Part shown: piece by piece, positions 44,070 through 53,379 of the stretch | How the letters are laid out: the number at the start of each line of letters is the position of its first letter | How positions within the stretch are numbered: the stretch's first letter is position 1 | Assembly (NCBI GenBank): GCA_964622675.1 | Contig: CAZUUK010000008.1 | Coordinates: forward strand, 1,369-65,368 | Source of the DNA: an uncultured Planctomycetota bacterium | GTDB taxonomy: Bacteria; Planctomycetota; DG-23; CAZBND01 | Direction: 5' to 3' | DNA: 64,000 bases | Notes under the pieces: generated by a model | Told to the model about the DNA's origin: nothing | Seen by the model: only the letters and a program-made list of their open reading frames with translations | Databases searched by the model: none | Made by a program: the position numbers and the translations under genes

Positions 44070-45350
44070 GTGGCATCCCCCGAAGGCGGCCTCGTGGTCG
44101 CGCAATCCGGCGGCCCGACTTCAGTGATCAACTCCAGCCTATGCGGCGTCGCCCAGGAAGCCATGAAGCACGACTGCTTCACAGACGTCCTCGCCGGCTA
44201 CAACGGGGTCCTCGGCATCCTCAACGAAGAACTCTTCGACCTCCGAAAAGAAAGCCCCAAAACCGTCGAAGCCCTCAGGCGCACTCCCTCCGCCATGGCC
44301 GGCTCCTGCCGCTACAAGCTCAAGGACATGGAAACTTCCAGGGCCGACTACGAGCGCATCCTCGAGGTATTCAAAGCCCACGACGTCCACTGCTTTATCT
44401 ACATCGGCGGCAACGACTCCATGGACACCGCCGACAAGCTCGGAAACCTCGCTAAGGAATCCGGCTACGGGCTAATCGTCATGGGCGTCCCCAAAACCAT
44501 CGACAACGACCTCGCCTTCACCGACCACTGCCCCGGCTTCGGCAGCGTCGCCAAGTACCTCTGCGCCGCTGTCATGGAAGCTGGCCGCGACACCGAATCC
44601 CTTTACACCGCTGACACCACCACCGTCTTCGAAACCATGGGCCGGAACGCCGGTTGGATCGCCGCCGCCACCGGCCTCGCCCACAGAACCGAAGAAGACG
44701 CACCCCATCTCCTCTACGTCCCCGAAATCCCCTTCAACACCGACCAGTTCGTAGATGACGTAAAGCGCACCCTCGACAGACTCGGCCGCGCCTTCATCGT
44801 CGCCTCTGAAGGCCTCGTCGATGAAAGCGGCAGGTACATCACCGAGCAGGCGGGAGCCTTCTCCGTTGACGCCTTCGGCCACAAGCAGCTCGGCGGCGTC
44901 GCCGAAACCCTCAAAAGCATCGTCGAGCAGCGCGTCGGCGTCAAGTGCCGCTACTGCAAGCCCGGCACCGCTCAGAGAAACGCAATGCACTTCGCCTCAC
45001 TTACCGACTCGGACGAAGCCTACATGGCTGGCCGGACCGCCGTCCAAAAAGCCGCCCAGGGCACCTCCGGCTTCATGGTCACCCTCGTCCGCGAAGAGGG
45101 CGAAGAATACCGCTGCAACACCGGCCTCGCCAAGCTCGCCGACGTCGCCAACGCCGAAAAGAAACTCCCCCGCTCCTTCATGAACGACGAAGGCAACCAC
45201 ATCTCCGATGAAATGCGCGACTACGCCGAGCCCCTCCTCAGAGGCGAAGTTCCCATCGAAATAGCACCCGACGGCCTCCCCGTCTACGCCCGCTTCGAAA
45301 AGCACTTCGTCGAGAAAAAGTGCCCGCCCTGGTCCGGCCCGAAAAAATAA
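44070..45350 (+). CDS. 6-phosphofructokinase family enzyme; ATP versus PPi dependence not resolved
   Basis: QSGGPTSVINSS, IYIGGNDSMDTA, VPKTIDNDL and ETMGRNAGW motifs. Confidence 0.9.
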   Translation: MASPEGGLVVAQSGGPTSVINSSLCGVAQEAMKHDCFTDVLAGYNGVLGILNEELFDLRKESPKTVEALRRTPSAMAGSCRYKLKDMETSRADYERILEVFKAHDVHCFIYIGGNDSMDTADKLGNLAKESGYGLIVMGVPKTIDNDLAFTDHCPGFGSVAKYLCAAVMEAGRDTESLYTADTTTVFETMGRNAGWIAAATGLAHRTEEDAPHLLYVPEIPFNTDQFVDDVKRTLDRLGRAFIVASEGLVDESGRYITEQAGAFSVDAFGHKQLGGVAETLKSIVEQRVGVKCRYCKPGTAQRNAMHFASLTDSDEAYMAGRTAVQKAAQGTSGFMVTLVREEGEEYRCNTGLAKLADVANAEKKLPRSFMNDEGNHISDEMRDYAEPLLRGEVPIEIAPDGLPVYARFEKHFVEKKCPPWSGPKK

Positions 45351-45377
45351 CACGTCCCCAAGCGTGCGACCCTTCTC

Positions 45378-47210
45378 CTACCAAACCTTTCTCGAGAAGC
45401 AGACCAGCCCCACAGCCAGGGCCCCCAACCCGACCGCCGCTGATCCAATCACGTCCCCTGCTGACGCAAAAGCCGAAAGTGGCAAAATCCCGGCCCCGAT
45501 CATCAAAAGATTCTCAACCGTCTCGACGATGACGTCACTCATCGGCAGCACGCTTATCCTAAACCCCGGAAGCGCAACGAAGCTTATCACCAGCAACAGC
45601 ACCGAAACGCTCAGCACCGCATGCACTCTCCTCAGAATCGTCCCCAAAGCTGTGCACATCATTCCAAGCGCCACGTACCCAACAAGCACACCCGCAAGCA
45701 TCTTCCCTACCTCGGCGCAAAAAAGCCCAACGGAAATTCCCCCCTCCTCCGGCATCCATGAATACCCAAACGCCAAGCTCACGCCCGCGCAGAGCGCGCC
45801 TCCTATTAAGCACGCGCACAGAAGTATATAGATCGCCAGAATCACATCCCAAACCAACGCCTTCGAAAGCAGCATGTCGGCGTTTCCCACCGGCAGCACG
45901 AACAGGAATCTCAGCCTTCTTGACGAGTAATCCCTGCATATGGACACGCTCGAGAAGATCGCCAGCATCATAGACCCCACCACGAAAAGACCCGCCAGCA
46001 CGTTGCTCACCAGATAGCCCAGCCACACCTCTTCTCGGAAGAGTTGCTTCTGAAGCGGTATGGACGCGGCTATCCCGAGGCCGGCGAGCAAAGCCACCAC
46101 GGCCGGAACGACCCACAGCGCCGCGCTTCTATGCAGATCCTTCAACTCCCATCCCACGGCCGCTCGCATTCGCCTCCCCCACCCGATAGCCTTCTGACGC
46201 ACCTCCACTCCTCGCCCAGCACCGACCGCTCCCTCCAGAACCCGAACTCCATCGCGCCTTACATCTTTCAACGCCTGCATCGCTCCCAGCCGCTCCACAT
46301 ATTCCTTTGACGAAAACGGCACCGGAACCACGGCCGAAACGTCGAGCCCATTCTGCACCAGATGCTTCACAAACTCCGTGATATTCTCCGCACGAATGTT
46401 CAACAGGTATCTCGATTTGGCCGTTCGCGTGAGCGAGCGGATCCCCAGCGACTCCGGCATCCCCTGAGCCGCGATCTCCCTCCCCCCGCTCACCTCGATC
46501 TCGTACAAGTCCCCCACCGCCCCATTGAACGCCTCCCAGTCCCCCGCAAAAAGCGCCTTTCCATCCTCGAGCACCAACACCCGGTCACTCAGCGCCTTCG
46601 CCAGCGACAGCGAATGCGTCGCAACCACGACGGTGGATTTCTTTTCCTGCTTCACCCTGTTCACAAACCACTTCAGCCGCTCGATCCCTTCCGCGTCCAA
46701 TTCCGCCGTCGGATCGTCAATCAGAATGAGCTCCGGCATCCCCATGGCTGCCGACGCGATCGCCACCCGCTTTCGCATCCCCGACGAGCAGTGCCGCAGC
46801 TTCTTCTTGAGAAACGATCCCAGTCCGAACTCCTCTATCGAGCTCTTCAAAGCCTGCCGCCGATTCCCCTCACCGAAGTCCCTCAGCTTCCGAACCAGCC
46901 TCAGATGGTCAATCACCGTCATATTCTCGTAGAAGGAAGGCGTATCGAGCAGCGCCCCGACGCATTGCAGCAGTCGTGTCGGCCTCCTCCTGACCGGCAT
47001 CCCGAAGAGCCTCACGCTCCCCGACGTCACCCTGAACATCCCCAGAAACGCCCGCAGAAGGCTCGTCTTTCCCGACCCGTTGTGCCCGAGCAGTGCCAGC
47101 ACCTCGCCGCGTCTCACACGCAAACTGACGCCCTTCAATATCTGCGCGCGGCGCACCGATATCCCCAGATCCTCAACCTCCACAACATGCTCGACATCCG
47201 GCTTCGCCAA
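45378..47210 (-). CDS. Fused ABC transporter: N-terminal ATPase plus a C-terminal ABC-2-type multi-span membrane domain
   Basis: Walker A GHNGSGKT, signature CSSGMRKRV and Walker B LILIDDPTAELD, followed by 6-7 hydrophobic spans. GGAGG lies 5 nt before the TTG at 47210. Confidence 0.88.
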   Translation of the reverse strand: MAKPDVEHVVEVEDLGISVRRAQILKGVSLRVRRGEVLALLGHNGSGKTSLLRAFLGMFRVTSGSVRLFGMPVRRRPTRLLQCVGALLDTPSFYENMTVIDHLRLVRKLRDFGEGNRRQALKSSIEEFGLGSFLKKKLRHCSSGMRKRVAIASAAMGMPELILIDDPTAELDAEGIERLKWFVNRVKQEKKSTVVVATHSLSLAKALSDRVLVLEDGKALFAGDWEAFNGAVGDLYEIEVSGGREIAAQGMPESLGIRSLTRTAKSRYLLNIRAENITEFVKHLVQNGLDVSAVVPVPFSSKEYVERLGAMQALKDVRRDGVRVLEGAVGAGRGVEVRQKAIGWGRRMRAAVGWELKDLHRSAALWVVPAVVALLAGLGIAASIPLQKQLFREEVWLGYLVSNVLAGLFVVGSMMLAIFSSVSICRDYSSRRLRFLFVLPVGNADMLLSKALVWDVILAIYILLCACLIGGALCAGVSLAFGYSWMPEEGGISVGLFCAEVGKMLAGVLVGYVALGMMCTALGTILRRVHAVLSVSVLLLVISFVALPGFRISVLPMSDVIVETVENLLMIGAGILPLSAFASAGDVIGSAAVGLGALAVGLVCFSRKVW

Positions 47211-47268
47211 GGCTTCCTCCTATGGCTGAACTAAACTGCGCGCAGAATGTCTCGGCGGCCGCTCTCGC

Positions 47269-48933
47269 CTACCGCCGCCGCATTATGTAATACTCGTATC
47301 CCCCGTGGTCCTCGTCTCTCTCATCCTCTCCGCCGTTGCCGTCCGCTCCGCACCTGATCAAAAGCTCCCCCGCCTCGCCGGATCCCAGTGCGCTGATTTC
47401 AGCTATCTGCCTCGGCGCGGAAACATCGCATTCGCTCAGCGCTTCGAACTTCCTCCCCCGCTTCCGCAGCAGCAGTACGTGAATCCTTTCCGGCTTCTCC
47501 ACCCACGCTATGTCCCCGTACCCATCCCCGTTCATATCATGACCCACAACAACGCGCTCTTCGATCTTCTCACTCAGCCGCCACGGATTGGTTCCAAGAA
47601 GCAGCCACTGCTGGCCGAATGGGGAGAGTTCCGCCGAGAACGTCTTCAAAACCTGCCCCCAGGCCTCGCGCCCCTCGACCCACCCCATGAACTTCCCCGT
47701 CAGCTTGAAGTCTTGCGTCAATCCCTCCGTCGCCCTATCAACCATCTTTCTCAAAGGCGGTGTATCCAGCACGAACAGTTCGATCACTCCGTCCTTGTCA
47801 ACGTCCACCGGCCACACCACCAACGGAGTGTTCCGCAAAACCAGCGCTTTCGTCTCCAATGTTCTTCCCTTCCATATCACAACGCTCTCAACCCTCCTTC
47901 TGTCAACGTAGCGAACCGCGTTCACAAGAATCCCCTCGCTATGCTTTCTGGTCAACCCGCATTTCAGCACTTGCCTTAGAAATAGCCATCCGCGCTGCTC
48001 TTCTTCCCTATATCTGACGAAACGCCCCCTCTCCTCCTGCTTGTAGATCAAAAGAGACATCCTCTTCTTTTCATGCAACTTCTGCGCGACCAGATTCGGC
48101 AAACTCCAAATCTCCGAAGGCTCAAGCCACATCGGTGCACTACCCCTGTACATCCCCGGCAGACTGCTCGCCTCGTTAATGTACACCCCCGTATAGACGG
48201 TCGGCCGGTCGAACGCCACACGCCCGGCGTGGACCAGCGAGCAATCGGCCTCCTGCAAGTACACGTCCATGTCCTTTCCCGACGGAATCAGCACATCATC
48301 TCGTCCATCCCCATCTACATCCATAACCCAATCGTACAGCTCCCCTCGCAACCCCATCAGCGCCGGGTCTTCGATCAGCTTCTGCTTCTCAAAAACCGCC
48401 TCGTACTCCGCTTGACCGTTACCCTCCGCATTCACTTTCAGGAGCCTGTCTGCCGTTAACACAAACATCCACGTATCAATGCCCTTCCCTTCCAGGAACC
48501 CAAACGACAGGCACTCTTCCGGCAGTTGGACCTTCGAAAGCTCAATCTCCGATCCTGCCTCCCCGCGGCCGTAAGAAACCTTCGGAATCAAAAAGACCGC
48601 CTCCCGTTCATCCTCAAACTTCACCCATCCGCTCCATTTCGCCATCTCCCCCGGTACCTCCCCTGACCCAAATCCCCCCTCCTCCAACCGCTTTCGGAAC
48701 CAGCCGGGAAAATCGTATCGCTGCGTCTCCACGCTATCAGGATGAACAACCGTAACCCCCGCCGTGTCGAAGAACGCGAGCTCCCCAACTCCTCGTCCCT
48801 CGTCACCCCAGCATTCAAGGTATCTGCCAACTCCTTGCACGGTGAAGGATTCTGCCCCCTCCGCGATCGCAGCGGCCGTCAGAGCCCTAAGCGCACACAC
48901 AACCAGAATCGCCGTCCTGAACCAGCTTCTCAT
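47269..48933 (-). CDS. Secreted FG-GAP/VCBS-repeat protein
   Basis: Signal peptide MRSWFRTAILVVCALRALTAAAIA. DVDGDGRDDVLIPS, DVDKDGVIELFVLD and DMNGDGYGDIAWVE are Ca-binding DxDxDG loops. The ATG at 48933 overlaps the upstream stop (ATGA). Confidence 0.8.
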   Translation of the reverse strand: MRSWFRTAILVVCALRALTAAAIAEGAESFTVQGVGRYLECWGDEGRGVGELAFFDTAGVTVVHPDSVETQRYDFPGWFRKRLEEGGFGSGEVPGEMAKWSGWVKFEDEREAVFLIPKVSYGRGEAGSEIELSKVQLPEECLSFGFLEGKGIDTWMFVLTADRLLKVNAEGNGQAEYEAVFEKQKLIEDPALMGLRGELYDWVMDVDGDGRDDVLIPSGKDMDVYLQEADCSLVHAGRVAFDRPTVYTGVYINEASSLPGMYRGSAPMWLEPSEIWSLPNLVAQKLHEKKRMSLLIYKQEERGRFVRYREEEQRGWLFLRQVLKCGLTRKHSEGILVNAVRYVDRRRVESVVIWKGRTLETKALVLRNTPLVVWPVDVDKDGVIELFVLDTPPLRKMVDRATEGLTQDFKLTGKFMGWVEGREAWGQVLKTFSAELSPFGQQWLLLGTNPWRLSEKIEERVVVGHDMNGDGYGDIAWVEKPERIHVLLLRKRGRKFEALSECDVSAPRQIAEISALGSGEAGELLIRCGADGNGGEDERDEDHGGYEYYIMRRR

Positions 48934-50840
48934 CGTTCCACCGCCGGACAGAACACCGAATAGGTCCAATTCTCATCCCAGCATACGACGGAGTTCTTCT
49001 TTCCCGTCCCCACCGCTACGAATCCCCCGCTGCCCGGCCCCCTCAGCTCCACCACCTTCTCCATATCGAACGGCCTTTCACTCGAACGAGTGTTCCAGCA
49101 AACGCGTAACTTCCCCGCCCCGATAAGAAGCACCATATCCAGATACCCGTCACCGTCAAAGTCCCCGTAATCAATGGGGCTCATCGTCCACCGCCTCCCC
49201 TCTGGCAGCGCCGCGCTCATTCGCCGCCATGTTTCATGATGAAGTGTCTGCCGCACCGAAAAGACAAACCTGCTCTCCTTCGTGAAGCCCTCTGCTTCCT
49301 TGTCAAACAGCCAGCAGGTATATCGACACTCCCTTAATTCATCCGAATCGCCGGAGGATACGATGAACTCAAGATCAATATCTGGCTGAAGAAAAACGAG
49401 ATCCAATGCGCCGTCGCCGTTTATGTCCGCCACCGAACTGCTCCCCGCCAGGTCATATGGAGGCCAGGCAACATCGGTAACTACTCCCGTCGCTTTTTTC
49501 GCGATTAGCGCTTCCCGCGTGCGCCGGAAACTACCATCCTCGAACGTTGCACCCCCATCTTCGGGGAGCGGCTTGCCAAGCGTGTACGAGACCACCCGCG
49601 TAGGGCCCGCCGGACTCACCTTCGTGTCGTCCTCAATCAAATCCCGAACCCCATCCCCATTAATGTCTATCCGCCATTTGTCCCCGTACCCCGTTACCCT
49701 ACCGCCCTCGATAACCAGGTAGGGCCACAGCAGCCGAAAGCTATGCGGTGCAAAGACCACCCAGTCGCTCGCCCGATTTATCACGCTCCCGTTCAACAAC
49801 CCAAAGTCCGGAAAATCGCTCCTGTGAACCGGAACCAGGCTCAACTCGTCACCCTCTTTCCGAACACCATAGCCCCACACCCCCCCGTCTCCCCACACCC
49901 CAGTCAAGCAAATCCCTCCGCTGCCAGGATCACGAACAATGTCATAAGGAACCAGGTACCTGCTCTTCAGACTCATGCCCTCACTTTGTCTGGGGGCGTA
50001 GTTCTCCACCTCCACCCCGGTTCTGTACCACCTGGAAGGACCGCTGATTCCATGCGCCGTAAAGGTCCCGTCCTGCTCCTGCCGATAGATGGATATCCTT
50101 CCTCTGTCAGGAAGAAAGACGTCATCCAAACCATCCCCATCTACATCCATCACGATGCGGCACCGCCCAGCAACACTCCTGTACCACCGCTCTCTTTCCA
50201 CGAGCTTCCACCAACGGGAGTATAGCGACGTTGGCGCCCCCTGAAGCTCCCACGAAATCTTTTCCTCTTTGAATCTCCCAATATAGAGCCCCTCTTCGCC
50301 CAGGAGCACTACGCCCTCGTCCCCAGCATTTCCCAGCTTCACGAAATCCATCACGATCGCATCCGTGGGAAGCTGGAAGGTCCGCACCGTTACACTATCC
50401 GAACCAAACTGGTAGACGCTGAGAACTTCTGACGTGTGCCTCACAACGCAATCGCGCTTATCCAGATGCGCGATCCGAACGACATTCGGCCCGTGCTCAG
50501 TCTCGCCAAAAGCCCGCCGCGCAACATTCCCTTCCACGTCAATCACGCTGATGACAACCCCCTCCTCACCCGACTTCACAAACACAAGCTCCTTCTCGGG
50601 CGTGCCCCGCACATCCCCCATCAGCGGCCTGCCCTCTATGCCCTCGAAAAGCGCGAAACCCGATTGCACTTCAAAAGGAAGCGCCTCGTAAGGTAGCACA
50701 ACCACCTTCGCCGCCGCGACGCCCGCACCTCCTTCAACAGCACCCGCACCCGACACTTCATCCTCAAAGGAGAAACAGAAGGTGAGACTAAGAGCAGAGA
50801 AGACAGCCGCTACTAAGATGCCCTGACCTCTCCGTTTCAA
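48930..50840 (-). CDS. Secreted FG-GAP/VCBS-repeat protein, paralogous in architecture to 47269-48933
   Basis: N-terminal hydrophobic segment, then MDVDGDGLDDVFLPD, DINGDGVRDLIED, DINGDGALDLVFLQ and DFDGDGYLDMVLL. Confidence 0.8.
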   Translation of the reverse strand: MKRRGQGILVAAVFSALSLTFCFSFEDEVSGAGAVEGGAGVAAAKVVVLPYEALPFEVQSGFALFEGIEGRPLMGDVRGTPEKELVFVKSGEEGVVISVIDVEGNVARRAFGETEHGPNVVRIAHLDKRDCVVRHTSEVLSVYQFGSDSVTVRTFQLPTDAIVMDFVKLGNAGDEGVVLLGEEGLYIGRFKEEKISWELQGAPTSLYSRWWKLVERERWYRSVAGRCRIVMDVDGDGLDDVFLPDRGRISIYRQEQDGTFTAHGISGPSRWYRTGVEVENYAPRQSEGMSLKSRYLVPYDIVRDPGSGGICLTGVWGDGGVWGYGVRKEGDELSLVPVHRSDFPDFGLLNGSVINRASDWVVFAPHSFRLLWPYLVIEGGRVTGYGDKWRIDINGDGVRDLIEDDTKVSPAGPTRVVSYTLGKPLPEDGGATFEDGSFRRTREALIAKKATGVVTDVAWPPYDLAGSSSVADINGDGALDLVFLQPDIDLEFIVSSGDSDELRECRYTCWLFDKEAEGFTKESRFVFSVRQTLHHETWRRMSAALPEGRRWTMSPIDYGDFDGDGYLDMVLLIGAGKLRVCWNTRSSERPFDMEKVVELRGPGSGGFVAVGTGKKNSVVCWDENWTYSVFCPAVER

Positions 50841-50964
50841 CCGCCTGTCCCCGCGCTAGAAGAGCCCCCCGGCCTTATATACGCGCGTTCTCTCTAAGCC
50901 TCACCGACAATTGCCTTCACCCGCGCACATCCCCCGACCGCCTCTTGCGCAAACTCCCCAGACC

Positions 50965-51159
50965 TTATGCCCGACAATCCTCGCAGCTATCGCACCCAAA
51001 CTCCCTCAAACTCCGTTCCATCGCTTTCCCTTCCGTCTCCCCCTCGTAGCATGCCATGTACTTACGGATTGAGCCGTCCGCCTTTACGCACTGCCACGCT
51101 CCCCCCGTGTCGCCCCCGTACCACCGCCGGTTCGCACAATCCTCGCCTTGCCTCTTCAT
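50965..51159 (-). CDS. Possible 64-aa Cys-rich protein translationally coupled to tkt
   Basis: Its ATG overlaps the tkt stop (ATGA). Sense-strand composition matches its neighbours. It has 6 Cys, including a C-terminal CDSCEDC. No known motif. Confidence 0.4.
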   Translation of the reverse strand: MKRQGEDCANRRWYGGDTGGAWQCVKADGSIRKYMACYEGETEGKAMERSLREFGCDSCEDCRA

Positions 51160-53192
51160 TTCTTCTTCCTTCTCCCGCCTTTCTTCTTCAAGAGCCCTCT
51201 GGCCTTATCGGTAATATGCTCAGCGCAAAGGTGAAAAGTTTTCATCAAGTCCCACGGCGCGCCCGATTCGCCGAACCTGTCAGCAACGCCCACCATACCC
51301 ATCACCAGCGGAGTCCCGTAGCTCTTCCTCCGCGCCGCAGCGCCCGCCACGAGATTGCCGAATCCCCCCACCTGATGCTCTTCGGCCGTAACCACAATCC
51401 CCGTCTCCTCCGCCGCCCGCGCTATCGCCTCTTCGTCCATCGGCTTCACAGTGTGCACGTTCACCACGCGCGTCTCCAAGCCGTCCTCCTCCCGCAGAAT
51501 GTACGCCGCCCGCATCGCCTCCGGCACAACAGGCCCGCACGCGATAATAGCCAGATCCTCACCCTCCGACTCGTACTCGCCCGCCAGCACCGTCTCGAAC
51601 GCATCGGCGAAATTATCCGCCTCCCCCCGGTAGCGGATCACGTTCGCCTTCCCGAACACAAACGGCGTCTCCTCCTTCGTCACGATGGGCGTCGCCTCCC
51701 GCGCGTATCGCAAATACGCCGGCCCCTCGACCTCGAGTATCGCCACCTCCGACGCCTTCGCCGTCTCCACTGCGTCGGCCGGCACCACGACATGCATGTT
51801 CGGAAGGATAGCCATCAGCGTGATCTCTTCCAGCGCCTGGTGCGTCGCGCCGTCCGCCCCGACCGAAACCCCCCCGTGCGCTCCCGCGATCTTCACGTTC
51901 AGATTGCTGTAGCACACCGTCGTCCTTAGCTGGTCCCACGGCCTTCCCGCCGCGAACACCCCGTACGTACCCGTCACCGGTATCTTCCCCTCCCTCGCCA
52001 GTCCCGCCGCCAGCGTCATCATGTTCTGCTCCGCGATACCCACGCTGAACACCCGCTCCTTCCGCTTCGGGTCCGCCTTCTCAAAGTCCGTTATCCTTAT
52101 CGAATCCGAGATGTCTGCGTGAACGGTCACGATCCGCGGGTCCGAACCTATCTTCGCCATCGCCTTGCCGAACCCAAAACGCGTCGGCTCCATCTCAACG
52201 CGCATCCGCTTGCCGCTGTTCCACCAGTAATCCCGCGAAAACTTCGGCACCTCCGCCTCGATCCGCGGCCGCATCTCTTCCTCGTACTTCCGCGTCTTCC
52301 CAAGAAGCCGCTCCACCTCCGCCTTGCTCCAGACCTTCTCACCCATTATGTCCTTCAAGCCCTGGTCCAGCTCCTCCCGCTTCTTCGGCGCAACCCCGTG
52401 CCACTTCGCCTCGTCCTCCATGAACGACACCCCCTTACCCTTCACCGTGTGCGCCAGGATAAGCGTCGGCTGCCCCTTAACCGTACGCGCGTGCGCAAAC
52501 GCCTCCAGTATCTCCTCCATCTTGTGCCCGTCGATCTCGATAACGTGCCACCCGAACGCCTCGTACTTCCTCGCCAGAGGATCGACGCTCATAACCTCCC
52601 GCACCCATCCGTCGATCTGAAGCCGGTTGTGATCCACAATCCCCACCAGATTATCCAGCTTGAACTGCGCCCCGGCCATCACCGCCTCCCAGATGCTTCC
52701 CTCCTGCTGCTCCCCGTCACCCATTATGCAGTAAACCCGCGACGCCCTCCCGTCCACCCTCACTCCCAGCGCGTTTCCGGCCGCCACGCTCAGCCCCTGC
52801 CCCAGCGACCCGCTGGACACCTCCACCCCCGCGCACTTCAGCCAGTGCGGATGCCCCTGGCAGGCGCTGTCGAGCTGCCTCAGCTTCAGCACCTCATCCA
52901 TCGGAAAATAACCCGCCTTCGCAAGGCACACGTACAGAGCCGGCGCCTTGTGCCCCGCCGACCAGAATACCCGGTCGCGATCGGGCCAGGACGGATCCTT
53001 CGGATCGTGTCGTATCTCGTTCAGGTAAAGCGCCGCCGCGACGTCCATGATCGACAGCGTCCCCCCGGGATGGCCGGATCCCGCCGCATAAATGCTCAGA
53101 AGATCGTACGCCCGAAGCTCCACGGCAGCCTCGCGAAGCTCTTCCAGACTGTACTTCCGCTCCTCGCCGGTCCGCGAGTTCACTATCCCCAT
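51156..53192 (-). CDS. tkt: Transketolase
   Basis: AGSGHPGGTLS and MGDGEQQEGSIWEA (ThDP motif), with pyrimidine-binding and C-terminal domains present in a single 678-aa chain. Confidence 0.93.
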   Translation of the reverse strand: MGIVNSRTGEERKYSLEELREAAVELRAYDLLSIYAAGSGHPGGTLSIMDVAAALYLNEIRHDPKDPSWPDRDRVFWSAGHKAPALYVCLAKAGYFPMDEVLKLRQLDSACQGHPHWLKCAGVEVSSGSLGQGLSVAAGNALGVRVDGRASRVYCIMGDGEQQEGSIWEAVMAGAQFKLDNLVGIVDHNRLQIDGWVREVMSVDPLARKYEAFGWHVIEIDGHKMEEILEAFAHARTVKGQPTLILAHTVKGKGVSFMEDEAKWHGVAPKKREELDQGLKDIMGEKVWSKAEVERLLGKTRKYEEEMRPRIEAEVPKFSRDYWWNSGKRMRVEMEPTRFGFGKAMAKIGSDPRIVTVHADISDSIRITDFEKADPKRKERVFSVGIAEQNMMTLAAGLAREGKIPVTGTYGVFAAGRPWDQLRTTVCYSNLNVKIAGAHGGVSVGADGATHQALEEITLMAILPNMHVVVPADAVETAKASEVAILEVEGPAYLRYAREATPIVTKEETPFVFGKANVIRYRGEADNFADAFETVLAGEYESEGEDLAIIACGPVVPEAMRAAYILREEDGLETRVVNVHTVKPMDEEAIARAAEETGIVVTAEEHQVGGFGNLVAGAAARRKSYGTPLVMGMVGVADRFGESGAPWDLMKTFHLCAEHITDKARGLLKKKGGRRKKK

Positions 53193-53379
53193 GCTGTCAC
53201 TCCTTCCTCGTTGTCTCGCTCCGTGTTAATCCGCTATCTATTTGCTTCAGTGGATTCGTCGCCGCGTCCTCATCAGGCGTCGCCGGAATAGGGGAGAAAA
53301 AAATATACTAGCCTCTTCTTCAGTCCCGCGCAACCCGCTTCGTCCTCCCTCCCCCTCTCCCACATCACGAACTGCCCCT

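Noticed and set aside
53252-53277. CUGAUGAGGACGCGGCGACGAAUCC in the tkt leader (minus strand), reminiscent of a hammerhead ribozyme core
   Set aside because: No viable stem II can form (GACGC/GCGAC is mismatched and leaves a 1-nt loop). The sequence has GAAU instead of GAAA, and no cleavage-site helix is evident.
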